Shown: positions 38,010-48,558, numbered from the stretch's first letter. The stretch: DNA of 64,000 nucleotides from an uncultured bacterium (GCA_964632485.1 CAZWDO010000001.1:186001-250000), one strand, 5' to 3'. The notes: a model not told the origin generated them from the letters alone. Made by a program: numbers and translations.

Positions 38010-41000
38010 TTATTCCTCCTCAATTAACGGTTCCAAAGGTTTGATTATTTCCAATATACGCTGTTCAAGAATCATCATATCGACCGGTTTAAGCAGCGGC
38101 ATGGGACAGCCCTCGACGCAAGCGCGCACTGCAACATGATTAGGGTCATAGCCGAAAGCCGTCATGAAAAGGACCGGTGTATCCACATGTTCGGAGCGGA
38201 TTTTCTGAAAAAGTTGGTACCCATCCATTTCCGGCATTTTGATATCTGTAAGGATCAACTGATAAGAACGCTGACGGATTTTAGCCAGAGCTTCGCTCCC
38301 ATTGCTCACCATATCGACTTGCGCTCCCAAACCCATTAAAAACCGGCTGACATCCGTCCGGATTTCTTCTTCATCATCCGCGACAAGGATGAGATAATTT
38401 TTAAGGCGCTGTTTTTTCCCCATGGGTTTTAGATCGATCATTTTAATATCATGGGCATAAGCAACATCATCCGCCGCCTCATCATCACTCAGTACTTTCA
38501 GACGATCCGTAATATTTTTGATTCGATAAATCTGTTTCCAGATTGTCCGCGCGCGGACAAGATTATCATTAGAAGGGGGGGACCCCTGTTCTTGCTCCCG
38601 GATCATCACATTAATAGATTCAAATAAATTCCGCGTGTTATCCATGATAATTTGCAACGGATTGTTAATTTCATGAGCCACAGTGACAGCAATTTTATTG
38701 ATCGTATCCAATCGTTCATTTTTTCGGCGGATTTCCGCCAGTTTAATATGCTCAGTCATGTCTTTTGCAATCATCTCGATACCGATCGGCTGCCGTTTCA
38801 GATCACGTAAAACGGAAACTGAAATTGAAACAGGTATCAGTTTACCTTCCATGGAACGCATATAGGTTTCCCAATCCTGGATATGTCCTTGAGCGCTGTC
38901 TAAAAGGATACTATACATCTTATGACATGCCGTCGGGTCTTCAAACAATGTTGTAACTGAAAGATTGAGCACATCCGCAGACTGGAAATGCAAAATACTC
39001 TCCGCGCTTTTATTAAAAAGTACAATCCGGCAGTCAAGGTCCACTGTAATAATTATTTCGGAACTGCTCTCGATCAGATTCGAGAGATAAAGTTTCGTGT
39101 CGAGAAGTTCTTTATAGAGATTAACCATCGTAAACATATTGGCGGCCTTATTCGCGAACAGCTCAAGGATTTGGATCATTGATTCATTCGGCCGCAAACC
39201 GTCAAAGGGATCATCAAAGGAGATACAACCCATAATCACCCCATTGACCTCGAGGGGAATGAAAAGCATATCATCGGGATGCCAATTGATAAAGGATGAA
39301 ATTTGAAAATGGCTGGGAATCGTCCGCCCCGCCAGCAATTTCATCACATGGCTATTATGAGGGATCAAATAGGAATGTGAAATGCGCCATTCATCAACCA
39401 TTAGCGATAATCGTTCACTTTTTGATAAAAACCCCTTTTCTCTCAGCTTGTTGATTTCCTCCCTGCTAATCCCTGTATAACCCAAGTGACGAGGTTGCCA
39501 ATCCTCGTCAAAAATTGTCAGCAGGGAACGCCGAAAGAGGTGAGCGTCGGCAACTGATTGGCATAATTGATTCAGCAGTTCATCAATTGGCATCTCCATG
39601 TGTATGTTCAAATCCACTTTTAATAGCTGGTTCAAGGCAACATTCTGCATTTGAATGGCGGAAAGCGTTTGCTGAAGCCGCAACTCCAACTGCTTCTTTT
39701 CCGTAATATCACGGGCGATGCCCTCATATAAGATATCGCCCTCACGGGTAATCAAATGTCGTATGCGCAAATCCACCCAACAGACACCCCCCAGTTTTGG
39801 AACCATCGCCAGTTCAGTCTGATAATCTTCCAACTGCCAATTAGTGAGTGATTCAGCCGAATCGACATCAAGGTATTCCCGAATGTTGTGGTTAATCAGA
39901 TCGGAGGGTTTATAATTCAGAATTTTTTCTAAAGTGGCATTGACATTTAAAATCGTCAAATTGGAATCAAATGTGAAAATAATATCAGCGGCATGATCGA
40001 AAAGGTTGCGATAGCTTTGTTCCGATTCTTTCAAACGATCATAGACAAGAGCCAGATCAAGCACCATCTGGCCAATTTTAACCACACTGTAAAGCCGGTT
40101 CGTATTTTCCAAATTGAGGGGGTCTTTAGAAAATTTATTATTGCCATAGATAAACGCCTTAAAATGATTGCGATCATCCATCACCGGAATTAAAGCAAAA
40201 GGTACAGCTCCCAACGCGGAAACGATTTTTCGGTTGACGGGAGTCTCGGGCAACGGTGAGTTGAAAACAAGGGGATAATTTTGATTCTTTTGCATCATCT
40301 CAGAAAAAACATGGAGTTCACAGAGCGGTAACTCAAGGTAGCGCACAAATCGATTCAATTGTTGATCTGTTTGTTTACTAAAATTCTCAATCAGATCGCT
40401 GATGCTTTTATTACTTAATTTATTCAGATTTTGATAATATTCAGTCTCGGTTGAGGGCCCAATTGCCCAAATTGGTTGTAGAGTTTGGGATGTTTCATTG
40501 ACAATCCATAAAACCGCCTGGTTAAAATTCAGTTCGACCGTGGCATAGGTCAACAAGATAAAAGCGACTTCCTGGAGATCGATCGCTTTTAATAAATTGG
40601 TCGAGGTTTGAATATAGTTATTAAAATCATTAATAACTTTCTGATATTGTTCTTTCATGAAATCGAATTTTTTTTCCAGGGAGGTTTCCAGGACAATTGT
40701 ATTAACGCTTTGATTTTTTTGATTTAAGAAATTAGTAACCTCGGTAGATATCTGCGCTAAATTAAAGGGTTTGCGGATAAACCCATTGACGCCGTTGGCG
40801 CTAAGTTTCGATTCTAACTGATGATCTGAAACTCCACTAATGGCAATAACAGGGACTGTGAGATAACGGGCAAGAGAACGGATTTTAGTGACGATGGCGA
40901 AACCATCGAAATCAGGCAAATTCACATCAGTAATAATCAAGTCGAAACTATCCCGTTCAATGAGCGCCAAAGCATCATGTCCGGACCCTGCGGTTTTAAT

Positions 41001-41084
41001 TTGAAATTGGTTTAATTGGAAATATTCTTCTAAAAAAGAAAGGATTTCCGGGTCATCATCGATGATTAGAATCCGTTCATTCAT
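38010..41084 (-). CDS. Cytoplasmic signalling protein REC-GAF-PAS-GAF-PAS-HisKA-REC (no HATPase domain)
   Basis: Two receiver domains, two PAS, two GAF-like regions and H-box VAHEINNPL. No N/G boxes. Confidence 0.85.
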   Translation of the reverse strand: MNERILIIDDDPEILSFLEEYFQLNQFQIKTAGSGHDALALIERDSFDLIITDVNLPDFDGFAIVTKIRSLARYLTVPVIAISGVSDHQLESKLSANGVNGFIRKPFNLAQISTEVTNFLNQKNQSVNTIVLETSLEKKFDFMKEQYQKVINDFNNYIQTSTNLLKAIDLQEVAFILLTYATVELNFNQAVLWIVNETSQTLQPIWAIGPSTETEYYQNLNKLSNKSISDLIENFSKQTDQQLNRFVRYLELPLCELHVFSEMMQKNQNYPLVFNSPLPETPVNRKIVSALGAVPFALIPVMDDRNHFKAFIYGNNKFSKDPLNLENTNRLYSVVKIGQMVLDLALVYDRLKESEQSYRNLFDHAADIIFTFDSNLTILNVNATLEKILNYKPSDLINHNIREYLDVDSAESLTNWQLEDYQTELAMVPKLGGVCWVDLRIRHLITREGDILYEGIARDITEKKQLELRLQQTLSAIQMQNVALNQLLKVDLNIHMEMPIDELLNQLCQSVADAHLFRRSLLTIFDEDWQPRHLGYTGISREEINKLREKGFLSKSERLSLMVDEWRISHSYLIPHNSHVMKLLAGRTIPSHFQISSFINWHPDDMLFIPLEVNGVIMGCISFDDPFDGLRPNESMIQILELFANKAANMFTMVNLYKELLDTKLYLSNLIESSSEIIITVDLDCRIVLFNKSAESILHFQSADVLNLSVTTLFEDPTACHKMYSILLDSAQGHIQDWETYMRSMEGKLIPVSISVSVLRDLKRQPIGIEMIAKDMTEHIKLAEIRRKNERLDTINKIAVTVAHEINNPLQIIMDNTRNLFESINVMIREQEQGSPPSNDNLVRARTIWKQIYRIKNITDRLKVLSDDEAADDVAYAHDIKMIDLKPMGKKQRLKNYLILVADDEEEIRTDVSRFLMGLGAQVDMVSNGSEALAKIRQRSYQLILTDIKMPEMDGYQLFQKIRSEHVDTPVLFMTAFGYDPNHVAVRACVEGCPMPLLKPVDMMILEQRILEIIKPLEPLIEEE

Positions 41085-42619
41085 GAAAACAGGTCCCGAT
41101 CCAGGGCGCGGTACTGGATAGCTTCACTGATCTGGTGAGCTTTAATAGATTCGCACCCTTCCAAGTCGGCAATGGTTCGGGCCACCTTGAGCACTTTATG
41201 GTAAGCGCGTACGGAAAGATGAAGTTTTTCCATTGCCAGTTGTAAAATATGTTGACTTTGAGTATCGGTAGTACAAATCGATTTGATTTGACGACTGCTC
41301 ATGTGCGCATTAAAAAAAACGGAACTATGGTTTTTAAATCGTTTGAGTTGAACCAAACGCGCTCGTTCAATACGCTGTCGAATATGGGCAGAATTCTCCG
41401 GGTGATCGGATTGCATAATCTTTTGATAACTTGCGGGAGGCACTTCAATATGGATATCAATTCGATCCAGTAGCGGACCTGAAACCTTACTGCGGTATTT
41501 TTGGATTTGCAAGGGGCGGCAGATACATTCCCTGCGGGGATCAGTCAGGAAACCACAGGGACACGGATTCATCGCCGCGGCCAAAATAAAACGAGCTGGA
41601 TAGGTTAACGTCATGGCGGAACGCGCAATCGTAACAACGCCATCTTCCAGTGGCTGGCGTAAGGCCTCCAGTACATTGCGCCGGAATTCGGGAAATTCAT
41701 CCAGAAAAAGAACGCCATTATGAGCCAAACTGACTTCACCCGGGCGGGGGATCTGCCCACCCCCGATCAGTCCCGCATCACTTACCGTATGATGAGGGGA
41801 ACGGAAAGGGCGCTCGCGAACCAGAGGCTGGTCAAGAGGCAACAATTTAGCTGCAGAATAGATTTTAGTTGTTTCAATAGCTTCTTCTATGGACAATTCC
41901 GGTAAAATTGTCGGAAACCGACGCGCCAACATGGTTTTACCCGATCCGGGAGGGCCTACTAATATAATATTATGTCCGCCGGCAGCGGCAATTTCCAAGG
42001 CGCGTTTCGGCGCTTCCTGGCCTTGAACATCCGAAAAATCAATCGCATAATCGTTAATACGCTGGTATGCGACACTGGCCGATTGACGGGAAGTAATCGA
42101 CTCATCCCCCTGCAAAAATTCAACAACCTCTGATAAATTGGATAGCGGAACCGATTCAACCCGTGGTACTAATGCCGCTTCTTCAGCGTTTACCGCAGGA
42201 AGGATAATTTTGCTGACTCCCATTTGCTGCAGCGACGAAACAATTGATAATACACCGCTAACCGGCCGCAATTCACCATTCAATGCCAATTCTCCGATAA
42301 GCATATAGCGCCCTAATTCGACGTTCTTCAATCGGAGTTGATTGGAAGCCCACAGGATGCCAATAGCGATCGCCAAATCCAGACTGGAACCTTCTTTACG
42401 CAATTCAGCAGGAGCCAGGTTGACAGTAACCCGTTGCAAAGGCATTTGGAAACCACTATTCTTCAGCGCCGAAGTCACTCGTTCCCGACTTTCCTTCACA
42501 ACGGGATCAGGCAATCCCACTGTCTGAAAATTGGGCAGTCCCGGAGTAATATCGATCTCAACCTGAACAGGGTGAGCCTCAATTCCAATCAATGTACAAG
42601 AAAAAATTCGTGCAACCAT
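41081..42619 (-). CDS. comM: YifB/ComM Mg-chelatase-like AAA+ ATPase
   Basis: VNLAPA, GPPGSGKT, PFRSPHH, LFLDE and NPCPCG motifs. Confidence 0.93.
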   Translation of the reverse strand: MVARIFSCTLIGIEAHPVQVEIDITPGLPNFQTVGLPDPVVKESRERVTSALKNSGFQMPLQRVTVNLAPAELRKEGSSLDLAIAIGILWASNQLRLKNVELGRYMLIGELALNGELRPVSGVLSIVSSLQQMGVSKIILPAVNAEEAALVPRVESVPLSNLSEVVEFLQGDESITSRQSASVAYQRINDYAIDFSDVQGQEAPKRALEIAAAGGHNIILVGPPGSGKTMLARRFPTILPELSIEEAIETTKIYSAAKLLPLDQPLVRERPFRSPHHTVSDAGLIGGGQIPRPGEVSLAHNGVLFLDEFPEFRRNVLEALRQPLEDGVVTIARSAMTLTYPARFILAAAMNPCPCGFLTDPRRECICRPLQIQKYRSKVSGPLLDRIDIHIEVPPASYQKIMQSDHPENSAHIRQRIERARLVQLKRFKNHSSVFFNAHMSSRQIKSICTTDTQSQHILQLAMEKLHLSVRAYHKVLKVARTIADLEGCESIKAHQISEAIQYRALDRDLFS

Positions 42620-42819
42620 AATCGATCCATCGTTCAAACAGATATTGGCGAACTACAATCGTTCATGCTTCATGAAGAGATCAGTTTGCGATTCCGGGTT
42701 TGGCATTATTATTCTTTTCCTTGCCCGACAACTGCAACATATTCAGCGCAAATAGACTACATACGATACACCAAAAAAATAAAAGAATATAACGGCTAAA
42801 AAGCAGTTAAATCGGTAAA

Positions 42820-43317
42820 TTACTGAGAATATTGCTGCGCCAGGGTATTCATAGCAATGCCCGCCGCAACAGCTACGTTTAAAGAATTTTTTATCCCCAG
42901 CATGGGAATGGCGATTAATTCCTGTGACAGGAAAGATTCAGAAACTCCCATAACTTCATGCCCGAAAACCAGGTAGCAGGGAAAACGAAAGCGAGTTTCC
43001 CATAAGGAGCGGCTTTGGCTGCTGGTTTCCAATGCATAAATCGGCCAATCCGGTTTCGCGCCTTTTTGCAAAAACTCTTCACCATCGAACCAATACTGAA
43101 AAGATACAGTTTTTTCAGCATTTTTAGCCGTCTTGAGAACTACGGCCTGGTCCGGCTGGGGCGTAATCCCAAGCAGATGAATCGCCGCGCACCCAAAGGC
43201 ATCGGCCGCTCGGATAATCGAACCCACATTAAACCCACTCCGAAGGTTGTCCAGAACCAGTTCATAGGGCAGGACCCTTTGCCGGGATTCTCGATCATGC
43301 CTCCAAATTTCAGGCAT
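42820..43317 (-). CDS. TrmH/SpoU-family RNA methyltransferase
   Basis: LDNLRSGFNVGSIIR, FGHEVMG and IPMLGIKNSLNVAVA motifs. Confidence 0.9.
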   Translation of the reverse strand: MPEIWRHDRESRQRVLPYELVLDNLRSGFNVGSIIRAADAFGCAAIHLLGITPQPDQAVVLKTAKNAEKTVSFQYWFDGEEFLQKGAKPDWPIYALETSSQSRSLWETRFRFPCYLVFGHEVMGVSESFLSQELIAIPMLGIKNSLNVAVAAGIAMNTLAQQYSQ

Positions 43318-45430
43318 CTGGTAATCGGGTAACTTTTTCAATACGCTTGACGCGGTAAACCTGATCTTCAATTAACAAATTATCATCGACATGCTTACCA
43401 ATAATCTTCTGGACAAATGAGGAAAGATAGGAATAAATTTTATGTTCACTATCCGCTTCCCAGGGGCCCAGAATAATCAATTCCTTCTCTTCACCGGTAT
43501 CAATATGATTTAGCCAGACATGCGTGCCAACGCCAATCATATCGTTGTTAATCAAATCCAGCTTCAATGCGCGGACACGTTTCAGGTCCTGATCCAATTG
43601 AGACGCACGGGTCATAAAAAGCTGCTGCCGGTCTTTAGCCGCTTTATACTCAAAATTTTCGCGTAAATCTCCATAAGAAGCCGCATTCCCAATTTCTTTC
43701 GCATTCTCCGGAATCTCCTTTTTAATCAGATTCTCCAACTCCAAACGTTTTTTTTCAATTGTTTCAGCAAACGCGAAAAATGTATTGTCTTCTTCTTTTT
43801 TGAACAAACTTGGAAAACGGTGCTGCATTATATTAAGTATCTCTTTTTTCTGATAGTCATCTAATTTCCCAATAATTTTTAAAAAATCTAAAACCCGCTG
43901 AGCTTCTTCCAGTTTTGCATCCTTCAAGCACCGTTCAACAAATAGAAAATTGGAAGCGGAAAGTTGTGTGACGCCTTTTTTCCAAATGGCGGCATCACTG
44001 AAAAATACGATCATTTCTAATAAACGATAGAGCAAGTCAGAATTCAAGTATTCCTGATACTCCTTCTGGCTGAATGCTTTTTTACAAAACCACAAAAACT
44101 GATGGGGATTTTTTCCGTAGTTTGTTTTTATATTATCGAACATTTCGTTTATTTCCGAAGTACATTCCTGACGGCGTAATTCATTAATAATACCATCAAA
44201 ATACCGGGGGTCTTCCAACAGATAAAAGGCATCCTTATAGAGTTGCACCCAATCCGGGAAATTTTTCCGGGCATGGTCCAATATTCGAATCACGCTATCG
44301 GTCAGTTGGGCTTGCCGTATAGCCGGTAAAATTTTATCTGAATCACCAATTAGTTTATCCCCTAGGGCGCTCATACGATCCGGGGAAAATTTTAAACCCA
44401 GAGAGAGCGCGATTTCAAGCGCCTGGAAATTTTCTTTGCGCTCCGCTTCATCAACCATCTCAATCAATTGATTTAAAAAATATTCAAGGGTTTTGGGATC
44501 ATTAACAATAGCGCGATTGTAAATATCGATTTTTTTGATCCAGTTAGCCTGATCAAACTGATCGATAATCTTCTGATCAGCAGATTCTGCGGAAGACGCA
44601 TAGGAATAGCGCCGAGGCCGTTCAACCGAAATATGGACATTCGGATCCTTTTCAGATAGTTTGGATACTTTTTTCCAGTATGAATCCCAGCGATCCGCGG
44701 GAATAATTCCTGTAAAAAAACTTTTAATCTCTTGTCCCGACAATGTTTTCTTTTCGCTTTGAAGTAAAAGAAGTAAAGCTTTTATAGGCTCTTCTTCAAC
44801 CATTTGCGTCAATATCAGGGGAGACTTGTAACGTAAGCTTAAAAAATGATCCGGAGCAATCTGTTGTAAAAAATTATCCGCAATTTTAAATTCTACTGAA
44901 TACCCTGGTTGTTTTTCAAAATCTACAATCAGTTTATTCAAATTAAACTTTATTTCTCTAATTTCTCCGACCCCAAAACGTTCGAAATAAAATATTCCGC
45001 CTGGCCGATAGCGGATAAAAAACTCAATTTTCTGCAAACCCTCCGACAAGGGAATTGTTTCATCACCCAAACGGCTGTAGGAGATAAACTCATCAATTTG
45101 AGAAATATCCGAATATAATGCCCGATAAGCTTTAATCATGAACTCACGTTGCTGATGATATTTTGGATAATATTCATAAATCTTGCGACCGACTTCCAAA
45201 ACATGGTTCCACTTTGCCATTTTTTCGTATTCCGGTAAAATCAACAGCAGTAAATCAGATGCCCGTGTCGCGCCATTTGCACGTTTACGGACTTCATTGG
45301 TTATAAAAAAAATCAGATTAAGATCATCGCTGTTTTCTTCGAATTTTTCCAGAAAAAACTCCTCCACTTTCTCATACCGTTTTTCATTCAACAACTCCAA
45401 AAGACTTTGTTTAATCTGATCATAACTCAT
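43310..45430 (-). CDS. Long GreA/GreB-family transcription elongation factor
   Basis: C-terminal GreA domain (AASYGDLRENFEYKAAK, ILGPWEAD, YSYLS) behind a large helical N-terminal region. Confidence 0.87.
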   Translation of the reverse strand: MSYDQIKQSLLELLNEKRYEKVEEFFLEKFEENSDDLNLIFFITNEVRKRANGATRASDLLLLILPEYEKMAKWNHVLEVGRKIYEYYPKYHQQREFMIKAYRALYSDISQIDEFISYSRLGDETIPLSEGLQKIEFFIRYRPGGIFYFERFGVGEIREIKFNLNKLIVDFEKQPGYSVEFKIADNFLQQIAPDHFLSLRYKSPLILTQMVEEEPIKALLLLLQSEKKTLSGQEIKSFFTGIIPADRWDSYWKKVSKLSEKDPNVHISVERPRRYSYASSAESADQKIIDQFDQANWIKKIDIYNRAIVNDPKTLEYFLNQLIEMVDEAERKENFQALEIALSLGLKFSPDRMSALGDKLIGDSDKILPAIRQAQLTDSVIRILDHARKNFPDWVQLYKDAFYLLEDPRYFDGIINELRRQECTSEINEMFDNIKTNYGKNPHQFLWFCKKAFSQKEYQEYLNSDLLYRLLEMIVFFSDAAIWKKGVTQLSASNFLFVERCLKDAKLEEAQRVLDFLKIIGKLDDYQKKEILNIMQHRFPSLFKKEEDNTFFAFAETIEKKRLELENLIKKEIPENAKEIGNAASYGDLRENFEYKAAKDRQQLFMTRASQLDQDLKRVRALKLDLINNDMIGVGTHVWLNHIDTGEEKELIILGPWEADSEHKIYSYLSSFVQKIIGKHVDDNLLIEDQVYRVKRIEKVTRLPDA

Positions 45431-45704
45431 CGTTGCTATTCTCCTTAAGTCTCAGCTTTTCATTCTCCAGTAACTCACGAATTACCGGCATCACAAAATA
45501 GTCTTCCGGAATTACGCGGGCAATGGCTCGGGTATATAGGCGGATTTGCTCTTTCACCGCACTTTTCGATTTAATTAAAACATAATGTTTTGCTTGATAC
45601 CGACAGATACCGCCAGGCCCGGTCAAGTTCTTATCATGGATGACTTTGATAGCCAATTTGCGGGCGAGTTCTTCTAAATTCGTCAGTAATAATTCATCAT
45701 TCAT
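45420..45704 (-). CDS. Conserved-looking hypothetical protein
   Basis: LEELARKLAIKV...GGICR...YFVMPVIRELLE; overlaps the start of the GreA-like gene. Confidence 0.7.
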   Translation of the reverse strand: MNDELLLTNLEELARKLAIKVIHDKNLTGPGGICRYQAKHYVLIKSKSAVKEQIRLYTRAIARVIPEDYFVMPVIRELLENEKLRLKENSNDEL

Positions 45705-45711
45705 CAATTCT

Positions 45712-45740
45712 AATTTACATTATTTTTAGTATGAAGTCAA
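45712..45740 (-). promoter_or_regulatory. sigma70-like promoter, probably leaderless transcript
   Basis: TTGACT-17nt-TAAATT, with 7 nt between the -10 box and the ATG at 45704. Confidence 0.5.
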
Positions 45741-46020
45741 GTAAAAACTCAGGAAATTAAGATTTTAAATAGAGTCTGTCGGGAAAATGACATTTTAAGT
45801 AAGCGTCGTTTATAAAACCGCGCATTTTACCCTACCGCTTATCGTCATTTCCCAGCTTAGCCCGAGAATCAATTGGCACTCATAACGTTAATTTCATTGG
45901 ACCGTAGTTGCCCGGCGTGAACCGCTCTGCCAATCAAAGCCGATATAGTTGGAATGATATGGTAAGATCTATAAAAAATAATTCGCTTGCATTATAAAAA
46001 ATTTTGCTTATATTTTTATC

Positions 46021-46857
46021 ATGCAAAAAGTATTCCGATTATCCCCAGTAAAAGGCCGGCAACTATTGAATCAGTTATTACCCCTGGCCATAAAATCCGA
46101 ACAGAAACCTTATCATCAACTATTGAGGTTAATAGATTGTACTATAGCAATTTACGATACTGGTTCGATTGTCATTCAAGGGGCTTCGATTCCGAAAAGT
46201 TTATTGGAGCTCATGGATTCAAATAATTCAACCTATTATGGAATTGGAGTCGATGAATCCGGCAAAGGGGATATATTCGGGGGATTAGTCGTAGCTGCGG
46301 TTTTTATAGAAAAGGAACCGGATACAGGAATGATGAGTGATGTTACGGACAGTAAAAAACTTGCGGATGCGCGGATCCGGTCTCTGGCAACTTTAATCCA
46401 GAAAACGTATCCTCATATTATCATCGAACTGACCCCGGAGGAATACAACACAACCTACAGCCAATACAACAACATCAACCACCTTCTGGCCGAACTCCAC
46501 CGAAAAGCTGCCTGTGGCCTTATCGCTACGACTAAGTCCCAAACAGTAATTTGCGACCAGTTTGCACATTCATCCGATTTATTGCGCGCGAAATTTCCAC
46601 CCGAAGTGATTCTTCACCAGTTTCACCAGGCCGAATCACGTTCACTCCCTGTAGCGGCCGCTTCGATTCTGGCGCGGGACCGGTTTATCCGGCAAATCGA
46701 TCATTTAGCGCAAGAATGGAAAATTTCGATACCCAAGGGGGCCACTTTTGGCCGCGCAACCATCACTAAAATTGTCAAGGTATGCGGTTTCCCTTCTCTA
46801 AATAAACTCTCCAAACTCCATTTCAAACCCATCCAGGCCCTTTTAAATGAATCCTAA
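46021..46857 (+). CDS. rnhC: Ribonuclease HIII
   Basis: N-terminal TBP-like IYDTGSIVIQG; GVDESGKGD, DSKKL, CDQF, VAAASILAR and KLHF motifs. Confidence 0.88.
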   Translation: MQKVFRLSPVKGRQLLNQLLPLAIKSEQKPYHQLLRLIDCTIAIYDTGSIVIQGASIPKSLLELMDSNNSTYYGIGVDESGKGDIFGGLVVAAVFIEKEPDTGMMSDVTDSKKLADARIRSLATLIQKTYPHIIIELTPEEYNTTYSQYNNINHLLAELHRKAACGLIATTKSQTVICDQFAHSSDLLRAKFPPEVILHQFHQAESRSLPVAAASILARDRFIRQIDHLAQEWKISIPKGATFGRATITKIVKVCGFPSLNKLSKLHFKPIQALLNES

Positions 46858-48145
46858 CACCCTTCATTTCGTTCTGATTTCACCCACTCAGTTCCAATTC
46901 ACTTTCTTCCAAAAACTTTTGACCTCACTGAATGCTGCTTGGAATTGGTTCGCTACCTTTGAGGAAGCATCCGGGCATTTTCACGATTATATCCAAAACA
47001 TAGACATCATCTTTATCGAAATAGGAGAAATACCTCCCCTGCTGAATTTTCTCAAACGCCTGGAAAAAAAACCGGGATATCATTTCAAACGTTATCCCAT
47101 TATTCTGATCGGCCAGGGAACCCCTCACGATTCATTGCAGCTATATTTCGATCTGGGCGCTCATTACATCGAAAAACCCTTTGCCCCTGATTTTTTTCTT
47201 GAGGAAGTCAATAAATTCCTGAACCCGCCTCTCCCTCGGTTGATCTTTAATCGACAATATATCCCCTCATTAAAAAAATCTTTGCTGAATATCCGCCGAA
47301 CCTGTTTAATATGTAAAAACACGATAAGCCTGCTGACTATCGACCCTAAAAATATCTACCAGGACTATGATGAATTTTTCCTGCCCGTTTATAAGGCCAA
47401 GGAAGGGTACGTCAATTTCAATTTGGGAGATGAAATATTTATTTGCCCCTACTGCCTTTTCAGCAGTACTCATCGCCACGATTTTTACTCCGATTCGGTT
47501 GACGATTGCTCTCATTCAATCCTTTATACTGCCGAAAAAGCTATTGATGCCCTGCAAGTGAACTATGACCAGCGATTCCATTTGTTCAATTCATATTTCA
47601 AAGGACTGAGTTATCATGAAAAAAAGGAACTGGGAATTTTAGGAAGCGGAGGCGATGAATTTTTCATGCCACAACGGGATAGCCAAATTATGAACATTGT
47701 TTTTACTCCTCCTCGCCCCCTTTCCCTGCGCAAATTTCTCTATCAGCTTCTACTTTTGACACATAAAACATTACAACCGTTTATCTATTCCGAAGAAAAG
47801 CAAAAGTTAACGCTTTTAGAAAGCGCCAATAATTACTTAAAGTTGGGAAAAATTCACACCGTACTGAACGAAAAAGATAAAACACAGGAATATTATCAGT
47901 TGGCGCTCGATAAATATATTCGCTTTCTGGACATTTCAACCAGTTACTATGTACTATATCGTACAGCTTATCTGATCAGCATTCTGTATGACATAGAACG
48001 AAACCATGAAAAACGCTTGAATATGTTGCAATATTTAGGTCAAATCTTTTCACAAGCCCGACAAGCCGAGAAAGCCAATAAAGAAAAAATCCCTAAAGCA
48101 TTATTGGATAAAGCCCAGGACCTGTATGCCTGGCTCAGACGATAG
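46847..48145 (+). CDS. Hypothetical protein: degenerate receiver-like N-terminus plus a DUF2225-like CxxC/CPxC domain
   Basis: DIIFIE...PIILI...GAHYIEKPF; CLICK and ICPYCLFS; helical C-terminus. Confidence 0.55.
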   Translation: MNPNTLHFVLISPTQFQFTFFQKLLTSLNAAWNWFATFEEASGHFHDYIQNIDIIFIEIGEIPPLLNFLKRLEKKPGYHFKRYPIILIGQGTPHDSLQLYFDLGAHYIEKPFAPDFFLEEVNKFLNPPLPRLIFNRQYIPSLKKSLLNIRRTCLICKNTISLLTIDPKNIYQDYDEFFLPVYKAKEGYVNFNLGDEIFICPYCLFSSTHRHDFYSDSVDDCSHSILYTAEKAIDALQVNYDQRFHLFNSYFKGLSYHEKKELGILGSGGDEFFMPQRDSQIMNIVFTPPRPLSLRKFLYQLLLLTHKTLQPFIYSEEKQKLTLLESANNYLKLGKIHTVLNEKDKTQEYYQLALDKYIRFLDISTSYYVLYRTAYLISILYDIERNHEKRLNMLQYLGQIFSQARQAEKANKEKIPKALLDKAQDLYAWLRR

Positions 48146-48159
48146 GGGGGAGAAGTTTC

Positions 48160-48558
48160 ATGATTATTGGCATTGGCGCCGATATTTGCGCGATAAGACG
48201 CATAAAAGCATCGGTTCAACGGCATGGCGAACGGTTCATTGAAAAAATTTACACTCCACTGGAAATTGAAGATTGCCGGAATTCCCTCAACGAATGGCGT
48301 TATGAATCCCTGGCCGCCCGATTTGCCGCTAAAGAAGCCTTTTATAAAGCCTTCAACCCACATACCCGGAAATTTATTCCCAGTTGGCATGATTTTATCG
48401 TTGCCAAGTCTTCCGAAGGTATTCCATTCCCTCTTTACAGCATCTCTTTACAGAAAATTATGGAGAAACTCCAATGGACCACTCATCTTTCCCTTTCACA
48501 CGAAAAAGACCAGGCAATCGCTATGGTCGTTATTTCATCCTCTTCCCTCTGCAACTGA
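48160..48558 (+). CDS. acpS: Holo-[ACP] synthase
   Basis: IIGIGADIC, AARFAAKEAFYKA and HLSLSHE motifs. Confidence 0.95.
   Translation: MIIGIGADICAIRRIKASVQRHGERFIEKIYTPLEIEDCRNSLNEWRYESLAARFAAKEAFYKAFNPHTRKFIPSWHDFIVAKSSEGIPFPLYSISLQKIMEKLQWTTHLSLSHEKDQAIAMVVISSSSLCN

Noticed and set aside
41081-42619. Magnesium chelatase implying (bacterio)chlorophyll synthesis
   Set aside because: The Lon-like N-terminus and NPCPCG motif identify it as ComM/YifB, a widespread non-photosynthetic ATPase.
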